A stretch of DNA of 64,000 nt from Chloroflexota bacterium (lineage in GTDB: Bacteria; Chloroflexota; Dehalococcoidia; Lucifugimonadales; Australimonadaceae), in contig VXQP01000084.1 of the NCBI GenBank assembly GCA_009838965.1, positions 15,819-79,818 of the forward strand. The letters run 5' to 3'. Below are positions 40,663 through 48,370 of the stretch, piece by piece. Made by a program: the position numbers and the translations under genes. Under the pieces are notes generated by a model, which was not told the origin of the DNA, ran no database searches, and saw nothing but the letters and a program-made list of their open reading frames with translations. The stretch's first letter is position 1; the number at the start of each line of letters is the position of its first letter.

Positions 40663-41142
40663 ATGACCACGACTCCAGTCAGGCAGACCGTCACGGTCAC
40701 CGTCAACGGCCAGGAATACACCCGCGAGGTGCCTACCTACCGCACCCTCGTCGACTTCATCCGCTACGACCTCGGCCTCACCGGCACCAAGGAGGCGTGC
40801 AGCGTCGGCGTCTGCGGCGCGTGCACCATCGAACTGGACGGCAGGATCGCCGCCTCGTGCATCACGCTCGCCGTGCGGGCCGACGGCGCGAACATCACCA
40901 CCATCGAGGGCGTCGCCGACGGCGACACGCTCCACCCCGTGCAGGAGGCATTCATCAACTACGGCGGCTTCCAGTGCGGCGCGTGCACTCCCGGCCAGAT
41001 CATGGCCGCCAAGGCGCTGCTGGAGCACAACTCCAGCCCCTCCGAGGCAGAAATCAAGGAGTGGATGATGGGGAACCTCTGCCGCTGCACCGGCTACTAC
41101 CAGATCATCGAGTCCATCCAGGCCGCTGCGGAGGCGAAGTAG
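40663..41142 (+). CDS. (2Fe-2S)-binding small subunit of a molybdenum hydroxylase (second CoxS-like copy)
   Basis: The ATG at 40663 has GAGGGAGG upstream. Cluster motifs: CSVGVCGACTI and CGACTPGQIM...CRCTGY. Confidence 0.87.
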   Translation: MTTTPVRQTVTVTVNGQEYTREVPTYRTLVDFIRYDLGLTGTKEACSVGVCGACTIELDGRIAASCITLAVRADGANITTIEGVADGDTLHPVQEAFINYGGFQCGACTPGQIMAAKALLEHNSSPSEAEIKEWMMGNLCRCTGYYQIIESIQAAAEAK

Positions 41143-41144
41143 CC

Positions 41145-42002
41145 ATGCACGACTTCACCTTCCACGCACCCGATTCCCTCTCTGCCGTGCTCGATCTGCT
41201 CGCCGAGCACGACGGAGACGCCAAGCTGCTCGCGGGCGGCACGTCGCTCACCACGCTCCTGAAGCAGTCGCTCATCGCGCCCGACCACATCGTCAGCCTG
41301 CACCGCGTGCCCGGCCTCGACTCCATCGAGGTGTCCAACGGCGAGCTCCGCATCGGCGGGCTCACCACGCAGCGCGATATGGAGAGGTCCTCTGTCGTGA
41401 AGGAGCATGCGCCCCTGCTGGCAGAAGCCTACCGCCGCGTCGCCACCGTCCGCATCCGCAACGTCGCCACCGTCGGCGGCGGCATCGCCCAGGCCGACCC
41501 CGCGATGGACCCCCCGCCATCACTGCTCATCCTCGGCGCGAGCGTCGTTGCCACATCCACGCGCGGCGAGCGCGTCATCCCCATCAGCGAGGTATACGCT
41601 GATTACTACGAGACAACGCTGGAGTCGGACGAGATCGTGACCGAGCTGCGCGTCCCCGCTCAGCCCTCTGGCGCGGGGTGGACGTACATCAAGTACCTCC
41701 CCCGCACCGAGGACGACTACGCGACCGTCTCCGTCGCCGCGATCGGCAGCGTCGAGGGCGGCAGCATCGCCGATATACGCGTCGCGCTCGGAGCGGTTGC
41801 GCCTACCGCGGTGCGCGCCTCGGTCGTCGAGGAGGCGCTGGCAGGACAGGCCCCGACGCTCGACGCGCTGCGCGAGGCGTCGCAGGCGGTCGCGGACATC
41901 GTCGACCCGACCGACGACCCGCGCGGCTCCGCGTGGTACAAGCGCGACATGTCCGTCGTCTTCACCCGCCGCGCGCTGGAGCAGGTGCTCGGCGTTTCGT
42001 AA
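41145..42002 (+). CDS. FAD-binding medium subunit of a molybdenum hydroxylase (second CoxM-like copy)
   Basis: The ATG at 41145 is 2 nt after the small-subunit stop. Motifs: KLLAGGTSLTTLLKQSL, IRNVATVGGG, and the C-terminal GSAWYKRDMSVVFTRRAL. The track ORF (40797) is an off-frame upstream extension. Confidence 0.85.
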   Translation: MHDFTFHAPDSLSAVLDLLAEHDGDAKLLAGGTSLTTLLKQSLIAPDHIVSLHRVPGLDSIEVSNGELRIGGLTTQRDMERSSVVKEHAPLLAEAYRRVATVRIRNVATVGGGIAQADPAMDPPPSLLILGASVVATSTRGERVIPISEVYADYYETTLESDEIVTELRVPAQPSGAGWTYIKYLPRTEDDYATVSVAAIGSVEGGSIADIRVALGAVAPTAVRASVVEEALAGQAPTLDALREASQAVADIVDPTDDPRGSAWYKRDMSVVFTRRALEQVLGVS

Positions 42003-42006
42003 ATCC

Positions 42007-42026
42007 CTTCCCCTCGATGGGGGAAG
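42007..42026. terminator. Hairpin between the convergent coxM-like gene and cysK
   Basis: cttcccc-tcgatg-ggggaag (7-bp stem), 4 nt after each stop codon. A related copy (ccttccc-tcttgacg-gggaagg) occurs at about 33155-33176. Confidence 0.5.
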
Positions 42027-42030
42027 TTGC

Positions 42031-42969
42031 CTACCACCAGTGCACCTCGTCGAGCGCCTCGGCGTCCGCGCCGGTGGCGTCCCACGGACGCGACGGCAGG
42101 TATTTCCACGCCCCGTCCGAGAACATCATGACGATGTTCCCGCTCTCCATCCCTTCCGCGACGCGGAAGGCCGTGTGCAGCGCCGCGCCGGACGATATCC
42201 CGGCGAAGACGCCCTCCGCCCGCATCACGTCCCGCGCCGCAGCGATGGCGCTCGCGCTATCGACGAGGAAGCGCCGGTTCAGCATCCCGAGGTCCAGTAG
42301 CGGAGGGATGTAGCCCTCCGACAGGCTGCGCAGCCCCTGCAGCCGTTCGCCCAGCCTCGGCTCGACGCCTACTACCTGCACGTCCGGCCACTGCTCCCGC
42401 AGGCGTCGCCCGACCCCGGTGATCGTGCCGCCCGTGCCGATGCCGGCGATGAACACGTCCACGCGCTCCATCGCCCGAGCAATCTCTTCGCCCGTCGTGG
42501 CGTAGTGGCAGCGTACGTTCGCCGGGTCGCTGAACTGGCCGACCGCATAGTAGCCGGGCTGCTCCGCCAGCTCCTGCACCCGCCTGATGGCGCCACGCAT
42601 CCCCGCCTCCGGCTCGCACCACTCGATCTCAGCGCCGTAGAGGTCCAGGATGTCCGCGATGCTGGGGACGATGCCCTTCGGCAGGACGACCCTGACGCGG
42701 TAGCCTCTGCGGGGCGCGAGCGCTGCCAGCGCGATGGCAGTGTTCCCGGTGCTCGCCTCCACCAGCGTCGCATCAGGCCGGAGTGCGCCGCTTTCCTCTG
42801 CCGCGTCCAGCATCGCCACCGCTATCCGGTCCTTCACGCTGCCGCTGGGGTTCTGTCCCTCCAGCTTGGCGAAGAGCCGCACGCCGGTGCGGGGGCTGAG
42901 GTTGCGCAGCTCGATGAGCGGCGTTCTCCCCACGAGTCCGGCCAGCGTTCCCTGTCCATCCTGCGCCAT
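42031..42969 (-). CDS. cysK: Cysteine synthase (PLP-dependent, CysK/CysM family)
   Basis: PLP-lysine region NPSGSVKDR, a TGNT loop (EASTGNTAIALA) and GIGTGGTITG. I cannot distinguish CysK from CysM by eye. Confidence 0.85.
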   Translation of the reverse strand: MAQDGQGTLAGLVGRTPLIELRNLSPRTGVRLFAKLEGQNPSGSVKDRIAVAMLDAAEESGALRPDATLVEASTGNTAIALAALAPRRGYRVRVVLPKGIVPSIADILDLYGAEIEWCEPEAGMRGAIRRVQELAEQPGYYAVGQFSDPANVRCHYATTGEEIARAMERVDVFIAGIGTGGTITGVGRRLREQWPDVQVVGVEPRLGERLQGLRSLSEGYIPPLLDLGMLNRRFLVDSASAIAAARDVMRAEGVFAGISSGAALHTAFRVAEGMESGNIVMMFSDGAWKYLPSRPWDATGADAEALDEVHWW

Positions 42970-43029
42970 GCGCCGATTCTATCGCGGCGTATGGGAGGAC
43001 GATGCGCGCTACCCCGCAGCCGGGAGCCG

Positions 43030-43057
43030 TTGACTCGCCCCCTACGCCTGCTAGAAT
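43030..43057 (+). promoter_or_regulatory. Candidate sigma-70-type promoter for the trkH cluster
   Basis: TTGACT (43030-43035), a 16-nt spacer, then TGC-TAGAAT (extended -10; TAGAAT at 43052-43057). In the leader, the hairpin ccctcg-gcgctcat-cgaggg overlaps the SD-like GAGGG just before the ATG at 43141. Confidence 0.4.
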
Positions 43058-43140
43058 TTCCTGTGCCGTTCTGCCAAGCGGCTGGAGTTCGCTACGAACA
43101 CCTCCAACCCAGTCCCCTCGGCGCTCATCGAGGGCTTGAG

Positions 43141-44601
43141 ATGAGACGCAACAACTGGCGTCTCCGTCCGGGTGACCGTGTCGTCAGGCGCCCCCGCCAG
43201 AGAGAGACCGCGCCCGTGCGCATCCGCACGCAGGACCGGCGCCGCCGCTTCGCCCTGCCCTCATCGTCCTCGGCGCTGCTGACGCTCGCCGGAGGATTCG
43301 CAGTCCTCATCCTGGCAGGCACTGCACTCCTCATGCTGCCGTTCGCGGCAGCCGGGCCGGAGAGCGCCGGCTTCGTTACCGCACTCTTCACCGCCACTTC
43401 CGCCGTCTGCGTCACCGGTCTGGTCGTCGTCTCGAGCGGCGACTACTGGAGTGTGTTCGGGCAGGTCATCATCGCCGCCCTCATGCTCATGGGCGGGCTG
43501 GGCATCATGAGCGCGGGAATCGTCGTCCTGGCGGTGCTGGGGAAGCGCGTGACCCTCAACCAGCGGCTCCTCGTACGAGAGACGCTGGGAGGCGAGGCGC
43601 TGGGCAGCGCGGTGCGGCTCGTGCGCTACATCATCTGCTTCGCACTGGGAGCGCAGCTCGTAACGTTCCTGCTGCTGTTCGTCCGGCTCGTGTTCAAGTA
43701 CCCGGCCATCGAGGCGTTCTGGCAGAGCCTCTTCCACAGCGTCTCCGCGTTCAACAACGCAGGGTTCACCATCTTCCCGGACTCCCACAGCCTGTCTGCT
43801 TTCCGGTCCGATCCCGCCGTGCTCTGGACCATCGGCCTGAGCATCCTTCTCGGCGCGATGAGCTATCCCGTGATGAACGAGTTGGCGCGGCGCAAGGGCT
43901 TCACCCGCTGGACGCTGGACACGCGCCTGGTCGTGCTCGGAACGCTTGGCCTGTGGGCCACGGGCGCCGTTACGGTGCTCCTCTTCGAGGTCACGAATCC
44001 TCTGACGCTCGGCGGTATGAGCGTGGGAGACAAGATCAGTAACGGAGCGTTCCAGGCGTTCACGTCGCGCACGGCAGGTTTCAGTTCCATCGACTTCAGC
44101 CATGTGGAGGCCGGTACGAGCTACCTCTACATGATGATGATGTTCGTCGGCGGGGCGTCCGGGTCGGTGGCGGGAGGCATCAAGGTCAACACGGCGATGG
44201 TCATCATCGTGGCGACCATTGCAGCGGTGCGAGGGCGGCCCAACGTCGAGTTTGCAAGACGTGAGATCGCATACTCCCAGGTGAGCCGCGCGCTCGGCGT
44301 GCTCGTGCTGGGAGTGATCGGCGTGTCGCTGTTCATCATCGCGCTCATGGTCTCCGAGCGGTCGAACCTCGAAGCAGGAACCTTCGAGTTCGGTGACACG
44401 ATGTTCGAGACGATGTCGGCCTTCGGCACCGTGGGGTTGTCGCACGGGATAACGCCCGACCTCTCCACGCCCGGAAAGCTCATCATCACGCTGGCGATGT
44501 ACGTGGGGCGGCTGGGTCCGCTGACGATCGCGCTCGGACTGGCGCTTCGCCAACGCCGGGCGCTGTACCGATACGCAGAGGAACGCGTTAGAATCGGTTG
44601 A
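43141..44601 (+). CDS. trkH: TrkH/KtrB family potassium transporter membrane subunit
   Basis: Polytopic protein with the family motifs FTATSAVCVTGL, FHSVSAFNNAGF, TSRTAGF and FETMSAFGTVGLS. The upstream part of the track ORF (42505-) is antisense to cysK. The start at ATG 43141 is tentative. Confidence 0.85.
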   Translation: MRRNNWRLRPGDRVVRRPRQRETAPVRIRTQDRRRRFALPSSSSALLTLAGGFAVLILAGTALLMLPFAAAGPESAGFVTALFTATSAVCVTGLVVVSSGDYWSVFGQVIIAALMLMGGLGIMSAGIVVLAVLGKRVTLNQRLLVRETLGGEALGSAVRLVRYIICFALGAQLVTFLLLFVRLVFKYPAIEAFWQSLFHSVSAFNNAGFTIFPDSHSLSAFRSDPAVLWTIGLSILLGAMSYPVMNELARRKGFTRWTLDTRLVVLGTLGLWATGAVTVLLFEVTNPLTLGGMSVGDKISNGAFQAFTSRTAGFSSIDFSHVEAGTSYLYMMMMFVGGASGSVAGGIKVNTAMVIIVATIAAVRGRPNVEFARREIAYSQVSRALGVLVLGVIGVSLFIIALMVSERSNLEAGTFEFGDTMFETMSAFGTVGLSHGITPDLSTPGKLIITLAMYVGRLGPLTIALGLALRQRRALYRYAEERVRIG

Positions 44602-44611
44602 GAGGTACGCT

Positions 44612-45274
44612 ATGGCTCACCAGGTAGCCGTCATCGGCATGGGCAGGTTCGGTATGAGCCTGGCACATGAACTGTACCGCATCGGTCACGACGTGCTTGC
44701 CGTTGACCGCGATGAGTCGCTCACCCAGATGATGATGGGACAGGTGACCTATTCCGTCACGGGCGACTCCACCTCCATGGAGTTCCTCGAGGAAGTAGGC
44801 ATCCGCAACTTCGACACCGCCGCCGTCGCAATCGGTACGGACATCCAGTCGAGCGTCCTCACCACCGTTCTCCTGAAGCAGACCTTCGAAGTACCCCAGG
44901 TGATGGCGCGCGCCATCAGCGACATCCACGGCAAGACGCTCTCGGCAGTGGGAGCAGACCGCGTCGTGTACCCCGAGCAGGAAACAGGCGTGCGTTCGGC
45001 GCACAGCCTCTTCCAGCGCGACGTGCTGGAGTACATGGAACTCGCCGGCGGCTTCGGGTTCAGCAAGGTGAACGTGCCCCAGGAGATGACCGGCCTGTCG
45101 CTGGAGCGGGCGGGCCTGAGCACCGCGCGCGACAAGTACGGCGCGGCGGTCGTCGCCATACGCAGAGGGCGCGAACCCATCCTCTCACCATCCAAGGACG
45201 AGGTGCTGCAGGAAGGCGACCTGCTCATCCTCGCGGGCAGGGAAGACACGCTCGAACGTTTCGGGCTTCAGTAG
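44612..45274 (+). CDS. trkA: TrkA/KtrA-type RCK protein (N- and C-terminal domains)
   Basis: Rossmann VAVIGMGRFG plus a TrkA-C region (LSLERAGL...GDLLILAG). Confidence 0.82.
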   Translation: MAHQVAVIGMGRFGMSLAHELYRIGHDVLAVDRDESLTQMMMGQVTYSVTGDSTSMEFLEEVGIRNFDTAAVAIGTDIQSSVLTTVLLKQTFEVPQVMARAISDIHGKTLSAVGADRVVYPEQETGVRSAHSLFQRDVLEYMELAGGFGFSKVNVPQEMTGLSLERAGLSTARDKYGAAVVAIRRGREPILSPSKDEVLQEGDLLILAGREDTLERFGLQ

Positions 45275-45276
45275 GC

Positions 45277-45729
45277 ATGGCAAAGATCGAACGCGCCCTC
45301 GCTCTCGTCACCGGCACTCCGATGGACAAGGCCGTCGTCTCCATCGCTTGCGACCTCGTGCGTCCTTACAAGGGGCAGGTCTGGGCGCTCTACGTCATCG
45401 AGGTCGGGCGGAAACTGCCGCTGGACGCGGAGTTGCCGAACGAGACCGCGCGCGGCGAGCATCTACTGCAGCGCATGGAGGCGTTCGGCAAGACGCTCAA
45501 GTGCAAGGTAGAGGGCGACATCCTGCAGGCCAGGGACACGGGGACAGCCATCGTGCGGGAGGCAGCCGACCGCCAGACCGACGTCATCGTTGCGGGCATG
45601 CCCTACACCGAGCACTACGGCAGCCCATCGCTCGGGGACATAGTGCCTTACGTGCTGCGCCACAGCCACTGCCGCGTCGTCGTCTACCGGGAGCAGCAGC
45701 CTGAGCCCATACCGGAAGGCTCCTCATGA
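45277..45729 (+). CDS. Universal stress protein (UspA family)
   Basis: USP fold with the C-terminal nucleotide-binding-like segment DVIVAGMPYTEHYGSPSLGDIVPYVLRHSHCRVVV. Embedded between RCK genes, with an ATGA overlap to the next gene. Confidence 0.72.
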   Translation: MAKIERALALVTGTPMDKAVVSIACDLVRPYKGQVWALYVIEVGRKLPLDAELPNETARGEHLLQRMEAFGKTLKCKVEGDILQARDTGTAIVREAADRQTDVIVAGMPYTEHYGSPSLGDIVPYVLRHSHCRVVVYREQQPEPIPEGSS

Positions 45730-46130
45730 CGCGCCATGTGATGATCGTCGGCTGCGGCAGGCTTGGGGCGACGGCAGCGAACGCGCTGCTCGACCGCGGC
45801 GACCGCGTCACGATACTCGATACGGACGCCGAGAACTTCCGGCGCCTGCGTCCGCGGGTCCGGCTCAGCATGTACGTCGGCGACGGCACTTCTCACGAGG
45901 TGCTGCGGCGCACAGGCATCGAGTCGGTGGAGGCGTTCATCGCCGCCACGGGACGGGACACGACCAACGCGCTCGCGGCGCAGTCGGCACGCACCACGTT
46001 CGGCATCGAGCACGTCGTGTGCCGCATCAACGATCCGACCAGGAGTGAGATGTACGAGCGGCTGGGGCTCACCACTGTGAACCCGAACCAGTTGCTCATC
46101 GAACTCGTATTGGATGCGATGGAGCAGTAG
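45726..46130 (+). CDS. TrkA-N (RCK NAD-binding) domain-only protein
   Basis: VMIVGCGRLGATAA Rossmann motif. 134 aa with no TrkA-C domain. Confidence 0.75.
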   Translation: MTRHVMIVGCGRLGATAANALLDRGDRVTILDTDAENFRRLRPRVRLSMYVGDGTSHEVLRRTGIESVEAFIAATGRDTTNALAAQSARTTFGIEHVVCRINDPTRSEMYERLGLTTVNPNQLLIELVLDAMEQ

Positions 46131-46133
46131 CAG

Positions 46134-46805
46134 GTGTACGTCATCGTCGTCGGCGCAGGCAAGATAGGCTTCTACCTCACCCGCGAGCTTCTCGCCGCGA
46201 GCCATGAGGTGGCGCTCATCGAACGCGATGCCTACGTGAGCGCCAACGCAGCGGAGGAGTTCGGCTCCATCCTCATCACCAGCGACGGCACCGAGCCCAC
46301 CGTGTTGAGCGATGCCGGAGCAGAACGGTGCGACATCCTCATCTCGACGACCGGCCAGGACGCGACGAACCTCACCGCCTGCCAGGTCGCCAAGTACTCA
46401 TTCAACGTGCCGAAGACGATGGCCGTGGTCACCGACCCCGATCACGTACCGCTCTTCCGCGCGCTGGGCGTCGACGTCACAATCAGTACCACGGAACTCA
46501 TCCTCTCGCACGTTGAGGAGGAGCTCACCGGCGGTCCGTTCGTACACGTGCTCCCGCTCCGCGGCGCATCGAGCGGCATCGTTTCCATGCGCGTCCCGAG
46601 CGGGTCTCCGGTAGTGGGACAGCCTGTATCCCGCATCAAGCTGCCCCAGGGCACGTTGCTGACCGCCGTTATCCACAAGAACGGCGAACTCAAGCCTGTC
46701 GTCAACGATCCTGAACTGGCGGCTGACGATGCCATCGTCGCCATCACCCCGCCAGAGAAGGAAGACGAACTGTGGCACGCACTCACGGGAGAGGCGTGGC
46801 GATGA
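46134..46805 (+). CDS. trkA: TrkA/KtrA-type RCK protein (N- and C-terminal domains), second copy
   Basis: GTG start. VIVVGAGKIG Rossmann motif and a TrkA-C region (VSRIKLPQGTLLTAVIHKNGE...DDAIVAI). Confidence 0.8.
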   Translation: MYVIVVGAGKIGFYLTRELLAASHEVALIERDAYVSANAAEEFGSILITSDGTEPTVLSDAGAERCDILISTTGQDATNLTACQVAKYSFNVPKTMAVVTDPDHVPLFRALGVDVTISTTELILSHVEEELTGGPFVHVLPLRGASSGIVSMRVPSGSPVVGQPVSRIKLPQGTLLTAVIHKNGELKPVVNDPELAADDAIVAITPPEKEDELWHALTGEAWR

Positions 46806-47950
46806 AAATCGCATACCTGGGGCCGCAGGGCACGTTCTCCGAACAGGCGGCGCTCGACTACGCTCGAGGTGCCGACGTCATCCCTTATCGCTCGATCACC
46901 GCGTCGGCGATGTCCGTCCTGTGGGGCGAAGCGGATGAGGCCGTCTGCCCCATCGAGAACAGCCTCCAAGGCGCGGTTACCGACACGCTCGACGTGTTGC
47001 TGCACGAGGAAGGGCTGCACATCCGCCAGGAGATGACCCTGGACATCGTGCACAACCTGATGGTGAAGCCCGGCGTGGTGCTGGCCGCGGTTAAGCGCGT
47101 CTATTCCCACCCCCAAGCCCTCGGCCAGTGCCGCGGGTACTTGGAGCAGCACCTACCGAACGCCGAGCTCGCAGCGTCGCTCAGCACCGCGGAAGCAGTG
47201 GAGCAGGCGATGGCCTCGGACGTGCCCGCCGCCGCCATCGCGCCGAGCCGGTCCGCCGAGCTCTACGGCGCGCAGATAGTCGCTCACGGCATCCAGGACG
47301 ACGACAACAACGTCACCCGGTTCGTGGTGCTGGGCAAGAGCGATCACCCCCGCACCGGCAACGACCTCACTTCAGTGGCGATGGAGTTCTCAGAGGACAA
47401 ACCTGGCCAGTTGTTCGGCGTGCTCAAGGAGTTCGCGGAGCGCAACCTCAATCTCACCAAGATCGAGTCACGCCCAACCCGGCTGGGGCTGGGCAAGTAC
47501 TACTTCCTTGTGGACATCGAGGGCCACGAGGACGACCCTACGCTGGCGGAAGCGCTCATCCTGGTGGAACAGCGGACGTCACAACTCATCAAGTTTGGCT
47601 CCTATCCCCGCGCGGACACTGAGTCCTTCCTCACAGAACGAGTCAGAGAAACCGCCACCTTTCATCACTACCGCTGCCAAAGAGAGGCTGAGCTATCTGG
47701 TATCCGCATTGACCTGCTCCTGGAAGCCGGGGAAAAGAGAATCGGCGTCGAAGTACGGGCAACGTCCTCTTCAGAGGGCATCCTCAAGCTTGCACAATCA
47801 TTCCGGAGGGCAGGGCTGACGCAGGCGATCTTCGTGTTCGCCGACCCAACGGTGGCAGAGAGAGCACGCGCCACAGCCGCCGAATGGCCGGAGGAACTCG
47901 CCGCGACGGCCGTATTCACGACCGCCGAGCACATCAGCGAACTGTTATAG
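46802..47950 (+). CDS. pheA: Prephenate dehydratase (PDT + ACT) fused to a C-terminal extension of about 109 aa
   Basis: The ATG at 46802 (ATGA overlap with the upstream gene) gives MKIAYLGPQGTFSEQAA. Also present: the TRF motif (NNVTRFVVLG), the ESRP motif (LTKIESRPTR) and the canonical end GSYP, followed by an extra domain (47621-47947). Confidence 0.85.
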   Translation: MKIAYLGPQGTFSEQAALDYARGADVIPYRSITASAMSVLWGEADEAVCPIENSLQGAVTDTLDVLLHEEGLHIRQEMTLDIVHNLMVKPGVVLAAVKRVYSHPQALGQCRGYLEQHLPNAELAASLSTAEAVEQAMASDVPAAAIAPSRSAELYGAQIVAHGIQDDDNNVTRFVVLGKSDHPRTGNDLTSVAMEFSEDKPGQLFGVLKEFAERNLNLTKIESRPTRLGLGKYYFLVDIEGHEDDPTLAEALILVEQRTSQLIKFGSYPRADTESFLTERVRETATFHHYRCQREAELSGIRIDLLLEAGEKRIGVEVRATSSSEGILKLAQSFRRAGLTQAIFVFADPTVAERARATAAEWPEELAATAVFTTAEHISELL

Positions 47951-47959
47951 CCGCCGGCG

Positions 47960-48271
47960 CTACTTCGTCTTACCCCGCAACCCGCCTACGAAGTTGATCA
48001 GTATGCCCAGCCCGTTTGCGAGCGATGCGGTACTCCCCTCGGCAGCCGGGGAAGACACGTAGTTCAACACGGCCCCGGACGCCCTGTTTACGTTGTCCAA
48101 CGTATCGTTGACAGTGTCGACCGTCTTCGTCATGGAGCCGAGCAGGCGCCGGACTGCCTTGACCAGCAGGAAGGCCGCTACCAGCAGAACGATCAGGACA
48201 AGTATCCCCACCACGAGGTAGGCGCTGACGAGGATGTCGCGTATCAGCGTTACCGTCTCTTGGTCAAACAA
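47960..48271 (-). CDS. Small membrane-anchored protein (DUF948-like)
   Basis: 103 aa with one N-terminal TM helix (AYLVVGILVLIVLLVAAFLLV), followed by a helical T/D/N/V-rich region. Confidence 0.5.
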   Translation of the reverse strand: MFDQETVTLIRDILVSAYLVVGILVLIVLLVAAFLLVKAVRRLLGSMTKTVDTVNDTLDNVNRASGAVLNYVSSPAAEGSTASLANGLGILINFVGGLRGKTK

Positions 48272-48370
48272 GGTTCTTCTCCCTGCCTCTGCGGGCTGTT
48301 CTGTCGCTGCGCGTCTTCGCGCACGGATACGCCATTCTACCGTTGCCTGCCGCGCCTCCGCACCGCCACG

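Noticed and set aside
43058-43140. Possible riboswitch (for example a c-di-AMP type) in the trkH leader
   Set aside because: The leader, at about 80 nt, is too short for the known K+-transport-associated riboswitch classes as I remember them. I could not recognise their conserved cores. Only a simple SD-occluding hairpin is visible.
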